Source: Elusimicrobia bacterium LH_S2 (GTDB lineage Bacteria; CG03; SLGR01; JAGXOG01). From it: a stretch of 50,528 nt of DNA. The stretch's first letter is position 1, and the number at the start of each line of letters is the position of its first letter. A program made the position numbers and the translations under genes. The notes under the pieces were generated by a model. It searched no databases and was not told the DNA's origin. It saw only the letters and a program-made list of their open reading frames with translations. The DNA lies in contig JAGXOG010000003.1 in assembly GCA_023660015.1 (NCBI GenBank), positions 1 to 50,528 of the forward strand. The letters are read 5' to 3'. This document shows positions 1 through 10,807 of this stretch, piece by piece.

Positions 1-2
1 AA

Positions 3-1019
3 TCTATCGCCATTCTTCCGAAAGAGATGTCAAAAGAAAGGTTTGATTGGCTTAAAAAAGTGGGGGCCGAAATTTTTGCAACCGCAGGATGTGAAAGCAA
101 TGTAAAAGAGATATACGACAAATGCCACGAACTTAAGGCCGAACTGGGCGACGATATAGTTATCCTTAACCAATTTGACGAAATTGGAAATGCCATATGG
201 CACTATGCTGTAACGGGCTCAGCCATGGAAGAAGTTTTTGATAAGGAAAAAGAAAAAGACCAGCGCCTTGCAGCGGTATGCCTTACACAGGGCTCGGCAG
301 GCACTCTGGGCTCCGGAGAATACTTAAAAACAGTCTTTCCAAAAGTTAAAGTTGCGGCCTGTGAAGCACTGCAGTGCCCGACTCTCCTTTATAACGGATA
401 CGGCGGACACCGGATAGAAGGTATCGGAGATAAACATGTTCCCTGGATACATAATCTGAGAAATACGGATATGGTAATTGATATAGACGACAATGCAACT
501 ATTGCCGTTATGCGCCTCTTTAACGAACCGGCAGGCAGAGAATTCCTTAAAGGCATCGGCATAAATGCCGAAACTGTAGATAATCTCGACCTTCTCGGCA
601 TATCTTCTATTGCTAATATTCTTTCAGCTATAAAAACTGCTAAGTATTACGAGATGAACGAAAACGACATAATATTTACCGTAGCAACTGATTCAATGGA
701 AATGTACGAATCAAGAATAACCGAATACCGCGAAAAAGAAGGCGACTATAACAGCAAAAGAGCAGCCGTCGATTACGGTAAATACATAGCGGATATCGGC
801 ATAGATTATATGCTGGAGACATCCTATTATGACAGGAAACGCATGCACAACCTTAAGTATTTCACATGGGTAGAACAGCAGAACAAAGAAGTTGATGAAC
901 TTAACGCCCAGTGGTATGACGATGATTACTGGCCTAACCGGTTTATGTCATATAAAGAATGGGACGAAAAAATCAAGGAATTTAACGACAGGACCGGCCT
1001 TCTGAAAAAATATCAATAA
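3..1019 (+). CDS. PLP-dependent enzyme, cysteine synthase/TrpB-beta fold family (5' end outside window)
   Basis: Frame is open upstream of the ATG at 27 (SIAILPKEM...). Motifs LNQF, GSAGTLG, HRIEGIG and GISS are typical of fold-type II PLP enzymes. Confidence 0.8.
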   Translation, partial: SIAILPKEMSKERFDWLKKVGAEIFATAGCESNVKEIYDKCHELKAELGDDIVILNQFDEIGNAIWHYAVTGSAMEEVFDKEKEKDQRLAAVCLTQGSAGTLGSGEYLKTVFPKVKVAACEALQCPTLLYNGYGGHRIEGIGDKHVPWIHNLRNTDMVIDIDDNATIAVMRLFNEPAGREFLKGIGINAETVDNLDLLGISSIANILSAIKTAKYYEMNENDIIFTVATDSMEMYESRITEYREKEGDYNSKRAAVDYGKYIADIGIDYMLETSYYDRKRMHNLKYFTWVEQQNKEVDELNAQWYDDDYWPNRFMSYKEWDEKIKEFNDRTGLLKKYQ

Positions 1020-2145
1020 GAAGAAAAACTTTTTATTACTTCTCTTTGCCGGGATACTGGCAAAAGGAGCCTGGGATCTTTTAATACCAGTTCTGCCACC
1101 TTATCTGCTAAAGGCTCTTAATTCTCCGGTTCTTACCGGCGTTATCATGGGCTCGGCGCCGGTCTTAACCTTGCTGCTTAGGCCTTATATCAGCAGACAG
1201 ATATATCTACACGGAGCTAAACGCTTTATATTTACAGGCCTCATCGCATCGTTTACGGGAACTTTGCTTTTTCCTTATTTTTCTACTTTCTGGCCACTCT
1301 TAATTTTAAGAACGATACAGGGAAGCGGCCTTATTCTCTTTTTTTTCTCATCTCTTACTATGGTGAGTTTAATAATTCCCGCCGGACGGAGTGGGGAGCT
1401 TTTCGGCATATATACCACGGTATTTATCTTTCCCCTCCTTTTTTCCCCATTTCTGGGATCATATATAACAAACCGTCTCTCTTTTTCGATACTTACTAAA
1501 ATCTCCGGGGGAGTTATTACAGCTTCGGCTATTCTTGTCTTCTTTATAGATAAATTCGCCCGACAAGACAAAAGAAAGAAAGGTGATATAAGTATTCGGC
1601 CTATCTTAAAAGACAGAAAGACCTTAGCTCCCTTACTTTTAATATTTTTTATTATTACCTGTGACGCCGGACTTGTAGTTTTTTTACCCATAGCCGCCGG
1701 AAAATATAATATACCAAACTTTACTTTATATTTTTCGGTTTTTGCTCTTTCTACAATAACTTTAAGACTCTCGCTCGGGAAAAAATTTGACCTTCATTCC
1801 CGGAAAAAACTTATAACCATCAGTAGTTTTACCATAGCCGCAGGCATCTTTATACTTTCCCGGCTGACGTTTCCCGCCCTGATTATTGCCGGCCTAATTT
1901 ACGGGGCAGGATATGCTGTAGCTGACTCAAACCTGCTTCCCTATATTTTTGATCAGTTATCGGATACTCCAAAAGAAGCTGCGGTAACTACCTACAGTAT
2001 TGCTTTTGACAGCGCATACCTGGCAGGACCGGTCTTTCTGGGAAGTATTGCTGAAATGACCAGCTATCCAGATCTATTTTTATTTGCCGCTGCGCTGATT
2101 ACAGCTGCAGGCATACTCTTTATTTTTACAAGCCGAGAAGTATAA
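1012..2145 (+). CDS. MFS transporter
   Basis: Multiple hydrophobic helices; LRTIQG and G..FD..SRK-like loop motifs. The frame is open from 1006 and encodes TM1 upstream of the first ATG (1147), so the start is uncertain. Confidence 0.8.
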   Translation: MNKKKNFLLLLFAGILAKGAWDLLIPVLPPYLLKALNSPVLTGVIMGSAPVLTLLLRPYISRQIYLHGAKRFIFTGLIASFTGTLLFPYFSTFWPLLILRTIQGSGLILFFFSSLTMVSLIIPAGRSGELFGIYTTVFIFPLLFSPFLGSYITNRLSFSILTKISGGVITASAILVFFIDKFARQDKRKKGDISIRPILKDRKTLAPLLLIFFIITCDAGLVVFLPIAAGKYNIPNFTLYFSVFALSTITLRLSLGKKFDLHSRKKLITISSFTIAAGIFILSRLTFPALIIAGLIYGAGYAVADSNLLPYIFDQLSDTPKEAAVTTYSIAFDSAYLAGPVFLGSIAEMTSYPDLFLFAAALITAAGILFIFTSREV

Positions 2146-2151
2146 ATAAAG

Positions 2152-2838
2152 ATGCTATATTTAGATAACGCAGCTACAAGTTTTCCGAAGTCACCCGGAG
2201 TCGCAAGAGGCGGTAAACGATTATTTAACTAATTACGGTGTCTCCTCCGGGCGAAATAGTTATCCGACAGCGGTAAAAGTAACCAAAGCAATATTTAACT
2301 GCCGGTAGAACTTATCTGAAATTTTTAATATAACCGACCCTTCAAGAATTGCGTTTTCTTTAAATGCCACCGCTTCTTTAAATACCGCATTAAAAGGACT
2401 TTTGAAAAACCATTCTACCGTACTGACTTTATCACTGGAACATAACGCTAAATCTGGCCGCTGAATTATTTAACGGAAACCAGGCAAATTAATATATTAA
2501 CTCTTAAATCTAATAAAAACGGCTACATATTAAGAGAGATGATATAACCTTTTATTTAATTCAACAACTTGAACGAATACCTAATTAACTTTATACGATC
2601 CGGCGACGGGGATAAGAAAACCTCGCCGGTTTCCTTTAATATGGAGGGTAAAAAACCTTCGGAGATTGCCGCCGAATTAAACAGTCTCAATATCTGCGTA
2701 AGGAGAGGACTTCACTGCGCGCCACAGGCACATAAATTTTTTAATACCTATCCGGAAGGTACCATAAAAGCTTCGGCAGGATATTTCACTAAAAAAGAAG
2801 ATATTGATATATTGATTGAGAGCCTAAAAAAGATATAA
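2152..2838 (+). pseudogene. Cysteine desulfurase family (class V aminotransferase) pseudogene
   Basis: Starts MLYLDNAATSFPK; frameshift near 2205; in-frame TAG at 2306-2308; NAT..LN and LEHNA motifs; central PLP-lysine region missing; C-terminal RRGLHCAP..H intact. Confidence 0.85.
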
Positions 2839-2841
2839 GCT

Positions 2842-3062
2842 GTGAAAAATTATATAATCACCTTTGAAAATACCTACCGAATTATGGAAACGGAAAAAAA
2901 CTATCCGGAATATTTAAAGGAATCACCACCATCCCCACCCCTGAATATATCTCAACTAACTGCGGAGTTTCTCTTGCTCTGTTTTCGGAAAAAGAAGAAT
3001 CCGTTATTAGAGAAACTCTACAAAAGGAAGGCATTAAATTTTCCAAAATAGTTAAAACTTAA
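2842..3062 (+). pseudogene. DUF3343-like putative S/Se carrier, frameshifted
   Basis: YIITFENTY..METEK, then a -1 shift at the A7 run (2894-2900) continues as IPTPEYISTNCGVSL, the family motif. Confidence 0.7.
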
Positions 3063-3065
3063 AAA

Positions 3066-3344
3066 CTATTTTTCTTCTTTTAAATAAAACTTAATTTCTC
3101 CCGGTTCGACAAGTCCCATCCGCTGCCGGGCGATAAATTTCACATAATCTTCTTTAGTTTTTATCCATTCAAGATTCTGTTTTAAAGTAGCATTTCTTTC
3201 TTCAAGCATAGCAATCTTTTCCCGGTAATAATTCTCATCTTCCTTCAGCTTGATTATATTTTTGAAATTAGATATAGAAAATAATATTACCGCTACCGCA
3301 GCGCCAACTATTATATATATAAGTTTTGAACCCGATCCTTTCAT
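3066..3344 (-). CDS. ftsB: Septum formation initiator FtsB/DivIC family
   Basis: N-terminal TM, coiled coil, IARQRMGLVEPGE motif; lies downstream of eno. Confidence 0.8.
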   Translation of the reverse strand: MKGSGSKLIYIIVGAAVAVILFSISNFKNIIKLKEDENYYREKIAMLEERNATLKQNLEWIKTKEDYVKFIARQRMGLVEPGEIKFYLKEEK

Positions 3345-3431
3345 ATGCTTATATTAATTTATCTCTGTTAAAAATACTGCTTCTCTCAAATCTTACAGCA
3401 CGGATTATAAAAATTTTCAACTACACCCCGC

Positions 3432-4986
<1,555 letters not shown>

Positions 4987-5068
4987 TTTAACTCCTGTTT
5001 TATATATTTTTAACTAACCGTTATTTTTATGAAATAGACTATTTGTACGCTGACCTTAAGAAATAATA

Positions 5069-5977
5069 TCAATTATCTTTATTTTTTTCAAGCAGTTTCA
5101 GTCCCCGGGCGCCCACAATGCCGGCCGTAAAAAATATCAGATAATAAAATAGTTCTCCGGCAGAAGTTGGCATTATATTTCGGGCGGTTATTATCGCTAT
5201 ATCAACTTTTTCGGCTAAAACTGTATTCGGATAAGCTTTAAACGGCCAGAGCACTATAAGCGACCCTGCCACCAGCCCGACCAGAAAGGAAAGGGTCTTA
5301 TCCCTTTGTTTATGTAAAAGATATTGCATAACCCTAACAAAAAATACCAGTCCCGCAAGGCAACCAAGGCCGAATATTGTAAGCACCCTAAAAGAATCCA
5401 AAGTAGGATGAAATAAAAAAGATTTTATATTGGTAATTATCGGTTGATAAACCCCGAGTATCAAAAGAATAAAAGAACCGCTTATCCCCGGAAGTATCAT
5501 TGCTGATATAGCTACAGCAGCGCTTATAAATAGAGTAAACAAAGACAAATCGGCGCCGGGGGCGGCAAACCGAAACCAGTAAATAAAATAGACCAACAAA
5601 ATTCCGGGAATTATATATATGATATTTTTAAAGTTTTTTTTCTCAATCATCCTGTAAGGTATGACCACAGAAGCAATTATGAGACCGGCGAAAAATGCAA
5701 GAGTGGGCCCCGGATGGAACTTTAAAAGATAATCCATAATCCATGCCAGCCCGGCTATGGCCATTAACGCCCCTCCAAATAGTTGAAGGAGAAATGCTCC
5801 GTCGGCTTTCTTAAATTCGCTCTTAAATTTTGAAGGGTTGAAAATATTAAAACTTAATTTATTCACCGCATCAATAAGACGTGTATATATACCCAGCACC
5901 AGGGCAAAAGTCCCTCCGCTTACCCCGGGTATAATATTTGCCAGGCCTATAAGCAATCCTTTAATTACATTAATCAT
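5069..5977 (-). CDS. DUF368 family membrane protein (undecaprenyl-phosphate translocase-like)
   Basis: Duplicated motifs IPGVSGGT and LPGISGS; polytopic membrane protein. Confidence 0.9.
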   Translation of the reverse strand: MINVIKGLLIGLANIIPGVSGGTFALVLGIYTRLIDAVNKLSFNIFNPSKFKSEFKKADGAFLLQLFGGALMAIAGLAWIMDYLLKFHPGPTLAFFAGLIIASVVIPYRMIEKKNFKNIIYIIPGILLVYFIYWFRFAAPGADLSLFTLFISAAVAISAMILPGISGSFILLILGVYQPIITNIKSFLFHPTLDSFRVLTIFGLGCLAGLVFFVRVMQYLLHKQRDKTLSFLVGLVAGSLIVLWPFKAYPNTVLAEKVDIAIITARNIMPTSAGELFYYLIFFTAGIVGARGLKLLEKNKDN

Positions 5978-6281
5978 ATCTGTAAATAACCTCTTTTAAA
6001 TTTTCTACTGCCCCGTTTTTTACCATTACCCCCTCTTTTTTAAGGAGTTCCCTTTTCCTCTTAATGCCTCCGGGCGGCGTGTAATTGCCTATTTTTCCGT
6101 CATTTCTTATTACCCGATGACAGGGAATATGAGGGTAGTTCTCATTTGAAGCCATCGCCCGGCCTACTGCCCGGTAGGCTCTTGTGTTTAGCTGGCCGGC
6201 AATAATTTTATAAGTAGTAACCCTGCCTTTAGGTATCCGGCAGACCATCTTTAAACAGAGGGATCTAAAATTACCGTCCAT
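5970..6281 (-). CDS. O6-methylguanine-DNA methyltransferase family, stand-alone C-terminal domain
   Basis: IPKGRVTTY, RAVG and PCHRV (active Cys retained), LLKKEG. Confidence 0.9.
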   Translation of the reverse strand: MDGNFRSLCLKMVCRIPKGRVTTYKIIAGQLNTRAYRAVGRAMASNENYPHIPCHRVIRNDGKIGNYTPPGGIKRKRELLKKEGVMVKNGAVENLKEVIYRYD

Positions 6282-6326
6282 AATCTATACCGGATTAATA
6301 AAACCTGATTTAGATGTCATCAGCAG

Positions 6327-7007
6327 TTAATCTGTTAGTTTATTTCTCAGCTTTGAAAGAGTAGGAATTATGATATTCGAATTTTTGATTTTTATAAGTT
6401 TTTCTTCCTTAAGTTCTTTGAGATTGCGGGAAATAACCTCCCGGGCCGTTCCTACGAGCTCGCTTAATTCCTGGTGTGTAATTCCAATTTCTATATCCTT
6501 GCCCCCCTTCACTGTTTTCTGCCTGTCAGCCTCGGCTACAAGACACATAACGAGCCGGTCTTTTACCTTGTGAAAAGCAAACATTTCTATCTCTTTATCT
6601 GCATTGCGTAGCCTAGCAGAGAGCGTCTTTGATATGGTAAGCAGTATCCTGGGCTTGCTTATTAAGAACTTTTGAAAATTAATATGGGTTATTACATAAA
6701 GCCGGGTATCTTCAAGGGCCAAAGCATAAGCCGAACGCTTGTTTTTCTCCAGCAGGGCCATCTCTCCGAAAAAATCTCCGTCGCTGAGATAGTCAAACGT
6801 CTTAACCTGGCCGGAGGAAGAGATCTTATATATCTTAATTTGACCCTCAACTACTATATAAAATCTGTCCCCTTCATCGGTCTCTGAAAATATATGTTCG
6901 TTCTTCACGCAGGTTTTCTTGAAAAATATCTTTTCAATTTCTTTTAAATCTTTGTCATTGAGATTTTTAAATATAGGGACTTTTTTAAGTATGTTAAATA
7001 ATGTCAT
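6327..7007 (-). CDS. Crp/Fnr family transcriptional regulator
   Basis: cNMP domain GDFFGEMALL..KRSA and HTH ITHQELSELVGTAREVISR. Start placed at ATG 7007 because the TTG at 7043 is part of the -35 box. Confidence 0.93.
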   Translation of the reverse strand: MTLFNILKKVPIFKNLNDKDLKEIEKIFFKKTCVKNEHIFSETDEGDRFYIVVEGQIKIYKISSSGQVKTFDYLSDGDFFGEMALLEKNKRSAYALALEDTRLYVITHINFQKFLISKPRILLTISKTLSARLRNADKEIEMFAFHKVKDRLVMCLVAEADRQKTVKGGKDIEIGITHQELSELVGTAREVISRNLKELKEEKLIKIKNSNIIIPTLSKLRNKLTD

Positions 7008-7014
7008 ATTATGG

Positions 7015-7054
7015 ATTTTATTTTTTACTTCTTTTTTTGTCAAATAATTGACAA
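7015..7054 (-). promoter_or_regulatory. Sigma70 promoter for a leaderless Crp/Fnr transcript, overlapped by a palindrome
   Basis: TTGACA (7043-7038), 17 nt, TAAAAT (7020-7015), 7 nt, ATG (7007). Inverted repeat TTGTCAA-ataa-TTGACAA at 7037-7054. Confidence 0.7.
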
Positions 7055-7192
7055 CTTTTTTATTGAAATTAAAAAAAAGAAGAACTTTTTGTTAGAAAAT
7101 ATGTTTATGTTTAAAATGAAGAAAAGAAATAGAACCGTCCCCTTTTTTACAAAATGGAGCGAACGAAAGGATGGGATAAAAATATCATTGAA

Positions 7193-7492
7193 TCAGATAA
7201 AATTAAATAGAGTGATTAAAACGCCGATGATTATGAAACCCCAGACGATTTTCTTATCTTGGCTCTCAAATCTGCTATCCATTGCTTCAAATCTGCGGTC
7301 CATTTTCTCATCCAGTGCTGTAATCCGCTGGTTGAGAGTATATTCAAGGTGGTTAATTCTGTCTTCTAAATGGTTAATTCTGTCTTCTATTCTGCCTACT
7401 TGTTCCGATAAATTCCGAACATCATTTTCAAATCCGCTGGATTTACCTTCTAAAGTAGAAACTCTTTCTGCCAGTGATTTTGCATTTGCCAT
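7193..7492 (-). CDS. Small coiled-coil protein with heptad repeats and a C-terminal TM anchor
   Basis: EDRINHL x2 (21-bp period repeat, 7350-7389), hydrophobic C-terminus, strong SD AAGGAGG. Confidence 0.75.
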   Translation of the reverse strand: MANAKSLAERVSTLEGKSSGFENDVRNLSEQVGRIEDRINHLEDRINHLEYTLNQRITALDEKMDRRFEAMDSRFESQDKKIVWGFIIIGVLITLFNFI

Positions 7493-7527
7493 TAAAAACT
7501 CCTCCTTATTTTCTTTAAGGCATTTGA

Positions 7528-7556
7528 ATGATATAATAAGAATGGAAAATTGTCAA
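7528..7556 (-). promoter_or_regulatory. Sigma70 promoter upstream of the coiled-coil gene
   Basis: TTGACA (7556-7551), 17 nt, TATCAT (7533-7528). Confidence 0.6.
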
Positions 7557-7579
7557 ATTTTTTTATTGAATGACCTGTA

Positions 7580-9592
7580 TTATTCCCTGTGAAACCTGTA
7601 ATCCGTATCCATTATTTGGCCTTCTTCATTACTTATGATATCCCCGTAAAGCCCAGCTTTGGTCTCTGGAAAAGCCGATATATTAAAAAGCACCCAGAAT
7701 TCATATTCATCACCCCTGTTAATAAAACGCAGATTAGATTCCCAGCAGTGCATATCCCACGTAATGTTAAGGCTCTTTTGAATAAACCGGTCAAATTTGT
7801 AATCCCATTTTTTTACAGAGCTACGCTGTGAATAAAACTGCAAACCCGACTCTATGGTAAAAGCCCCGATGCGCCTCTTAAGTTCAGCGGCTATCTCAAG
7901 CCTGAGCGGGTTTAAATAGTTATATTTAACAGTACTCTTAAAATAATTCATAATACCAATCTCAAAAAGCCAGTCTTTGTTTCTTTTATCGTAGTAATCG
8001 TATCGATTCCTAATAAAAAGATTAAAATCCTTCAATTTTAAATTTACTGTACTAAAAAATTCTCCCACCGAATGAATGTTTTCCCTGCAGAAATCATACG
8101 AGCTTCTTGTAGTTAATCTCAGCGGTCTTAATGGCCGGTAGGTGATTTTCTGGTCAAGCTTACTTGTAACTATTTTATACGGCTTACCGGCTTCCTGTTT
8201 CCATTGATAGTCCGAATCAAAAAATAATTTATTGTAAAGCCCCTGTCTCATACCGGTAAATAAGCTCACATAATGAGTAAATACTCCGCTATCGGCCGAA
8301 TATCTTATATAGTATCCAGCATCCGGAGAAAGAGTAACAAAATACTGTTTTGTAAAATCTTTGCGGTGAGAAGTAACTATTTTTGTATTCCAGTTAAAAT
8401 AAGGCTGCCAATTCTCTTTTGCTCTTATATACTTGTTTTGATAACGGGTATTGACGGAAAAATTTGAATTAAACGGCAATTTTACGGGAAGAACCCTTAA
8501 CCTTAAACCGGGCAGAATATATCTTTTTATGCGGTATTTTCCATTTTCCCATTCTTCTTCCTTATCCATTGACAACGACGCAAAATATACGGATTTAGAA
8601 TATTCAAGCGCGGCCTGCATATAGACCTTTTGCTGGTAATACTCCTGCCCGACTTGATGTATATAATGGTAATTAAACTCCCGGTCGTCAACATATTCCG
8701 CTTTCCCTCTTATGCGAAAATTTTCTTTAATTCTCTGCCACCCGATTAAATTAAATTTGTTATTCTTTCTATATTTATCATCCCTGGCCTCCGACAAACT
8801 TTCTTTCTCATTTACATAGTACCATCCCAGGTTCAGCTTTCCCCGGGCAGTGCTGTAGTTGTGACCGGCCTTAAGCCCTAATCCTATAATGCTCATATAG
8901 TCAACTCCGATATAACTTCTGGAATTTTGAGAAAACGGATATGAAATTTTTGATTTAACAAAATAGCCCTCGCGGTTACTCTTACCAACGTCGATATCAG
9001 TTCTGCTCTTTTTAGGACCGATGGTCTTAAAGTAGTAAGGGGAATATAATGCAGGAATTCCCCTTATTGTCATAAACATATTAAAAATCCTGAATTTAGA
9101 TTCCGTATCAACCAGAATATTTTTACCGGTAAATTTATAATGGGGCGGGCTGTGGTCGCAGGTGGTTAGGTCTCCCCGGGGTATAAAAAATACGGTCTTG
9201 CTTCTTATTTCTATCTCGTCGGCATATATATATAGCGGCTCGGCGGTGACTTTAGCAGTAAAAACTCTTCCCGTAGAGCTGAATATATTATATCTTATTT
9301 TTTCAGATAATAAGCTGTAATTATCAGTTTTAAATGATATGTTGCCGGATGCGTTTATTTCACCATTATTCCGGTTATAAGTCAACCGGTCCGCCCTTAA
9401 TTTTATATTCTTGTAGAGTACCCGAACATTCCCCGAAGAGGTAAGTAGATCCTTAGTATTGTCATAAGAAATAAAATCTGAATTAATATCTATTCTAACT
9501 GTCCCGGCGCTTAACCCGGCAGACAACGCGGAGGCACTATAAAGAAAAAGAAAATATGCCGCGATAATTATGCTTTTATATTTACGCCTCAT
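7580..9592 (-). CDS. lptD: LPS-assembly protein LptD-like
   Basis: Signal peptide, OstA-like N-terminus (ADRLTYN, ASGNI), TTCD..PPHY motif, aromatic-rich beta-barrel, HCW near the C-terminus. Confidence 0.8.
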   Translation of the reverse strand: MRRKYKSIIIAAYFLFLYSASALSAGLSAGTVRIDINSDFISYDNTKDLLTSSGNVRVLYKNIKLRADRLTYNRNNGEINASGNISFKTDNYSLLSEKIRYNIFSSTGRVFTAKVTAEPLYIYADEIEIRSKTVFFIPRGDLTTCDHSPPHYKFTGKNILVDTESKFRIFNMFMTIRGIPALYSPYYFKTIGPKKSRTDIDVGKSNREGYFVKSKISYPFSQNSRSYIGVDYMSIIGLGLKAGHNYSTARGKLNLGWYYVNEKESLSEARDDKYRKNNKFNLIGWQRIKENFRIRGKAEYVDDREFNYHYIHQVGQEYYQQKVYMQAALEYSKSVYFASLSMDKEEEWENGKYRIKRYILPGLRLRVLPVKLPFNSNFSVNTRYQNKYIRAKENWQPYFNWNTKIVTSHRKDFTKQYFVTLSPDAGYYIRYSADSGVFTHYVSLFTGMRQGLYNKLFFDSDYQWKQEAGKPYKIVTSKLDQKITYRPLRPLRLTTRSSYDFCRENIHSVGEFFSTVNLKLKDFNLFIRNRYDYYDKRNKDWLFEIGIMNYFKSTVKYNYLNPLRLEIAAELKRRIGAFTIESGLQFYSQRSSVKKWDYKFDRFIQKSLNITWDMHCWESNLRFINRGDEYEFWVLFNISAFPETKAGLYGDIISNEEGQIMDTDYRFHRE

Positions 9593-10803
9593 CTGTAAAA
9601 TTCCATAGCCGGCCGGGCAGCCGAAAAAGACCCGGTAATAAATATGATATCCTTATTATCTCGATAACTTAGTGCTGAGTTGTAAGCAGAATTAAAGTCC
9701 TTAAATACCGCACCTTTACTGCCGAAATTACGGGCTAAAATTTGGGCAGGCAGCGCCCGGCTGCCGGCTGGGGTAAAGATAAACGCCTTCTCTGTATGAG
9801 ATTTTAATAATTTCGCCATCTGCTTATAATCTTTGTCTTTATATACTCCCATTACCAGCAATATCCGGGAGGGCGACAGGAACTTTACTTCCCTGAGGAT
9901 TTCTTTTAGTGCCGCCGGATTATGGCCGGCATCAACTATATCAATTGCTCTGCTATGTACTTTTCTTATTTCAAACCTGCCCGGCAGATAGGTTTTTTTA
10001 ATGCCCCTTCTGATATTATCTTTATTTTTAAATCCTGCCAATACTGCCGCGCTGAGAGCAGCGGCGGCATTATAAGACTGAAATCGCCCCTTTAATCCCG
10101 GAGCTAATCCGGTTATTTTAAATTCTTTTCCAATATTATAATTAAAAGAATAATTTCCTTCTCCAGCCGGCGTTATGGATTCCAATCTATAATCTTGCCC
10201 TTCTTTAAAGATTCGGCATCCTTTCTTTCGGGCAATTGTACTTATTGTTTCGGTACCTGAATTATCTACTACAAAGCTTCCGGGCCTTATTATGTCTGCT
10301 TTTTCTTTTGCAATACTTTCTATTTTGTTGCCTAGATAATCTGTATGTTCAACGGCTATGGGGCATATTACCGCAACCAACTTATTTTCAACTATATTTG
10401 TAGCATCCAGCCGGCCTCCGAGACCGGCTTCCATTATACAAAATTCGCATCCTAGGTCGTAAAAATACTTTATGGCTATTGCTGTAATAATTTCAAACTT
10501 GGAAAGTTTCACTTCCGCCGCGACTTCTTTTTTCCGCAGTAATTCTATATATTTTTTAACTTCCCGGTAAGGTATATTCATTCCGTTTATTTTTATTCTT
10601 TCTCGAAAATTAAAGAGATGCGGCGAGGTATATAGCCCGGTCTTGACACCGGACTCGCGAAGTATGCTTTCAATCATTGCGGCTGTAGAGCCTTTACCGT
10701 TAGTGCCGGCGACAGAAATTACCGGTATTTTTTTGTGTGGCCGGCCCCATATATTAAGAACGGACCTCAACGCATCCAGACTAAACTCCGCCCTTTTTAG
10801 CAA
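9589..10803 (-). CDS. folC: Folylpolyglutamate synthase/dihydrofolate synthase
   Basis: VAGTNGKGS, YTSPHL, EAGLGGRLDATN, PGRFE and DAGHNP motifs. Confidence 0.95.
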   Translation of the reverse strand: MLKRAEFSLDALRSVLNIWGRPHKKIPVISVAGTNGKGSTAAMIESILRESGVKTGLYTSPHLFNFRERIKINGMNIPYREVKKYIELLRKKEVAAEVKLSKFEIITAIAIKYFYDLGCEFCIMEAGLGGRLDATNIVENKLVAVICPIAVEHTDYLGNKIESIAKEKADIIRPGSFVVDNSGTETISTIARKKGCRIFKEGQDYRLESITPAGEGNYSFNYNIGKEFKITGLAPGLKGRFQSYNAAAALSAAVLAGFKNKDNIRRGIKKTYLPGRFEIRKVHSRAIDIVDAGHNPAALKEILREVKFLSPSRILLVMGVYKDKDYKQMAKLLKSHTEKAFIFTPAGSRALPAQILARNFGSKGAVFKDFNSAYNSALSYRDNKDIIFITGSFSAARPAMEFYR

Positions 10804-10807
10804 TTAT

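Noticed and set aside
2306-2308. Pyrrolysine/stop read-through in the desulfurase gene
   Set aside because: The gene also has frameshifts and a large deletion, so ordinary decay explains the stop.
7011-7592. 193-aa plus-strand ORF
   Set aside because: Antisense shadow of the coiled-coil gene, which has the promoter and SD.
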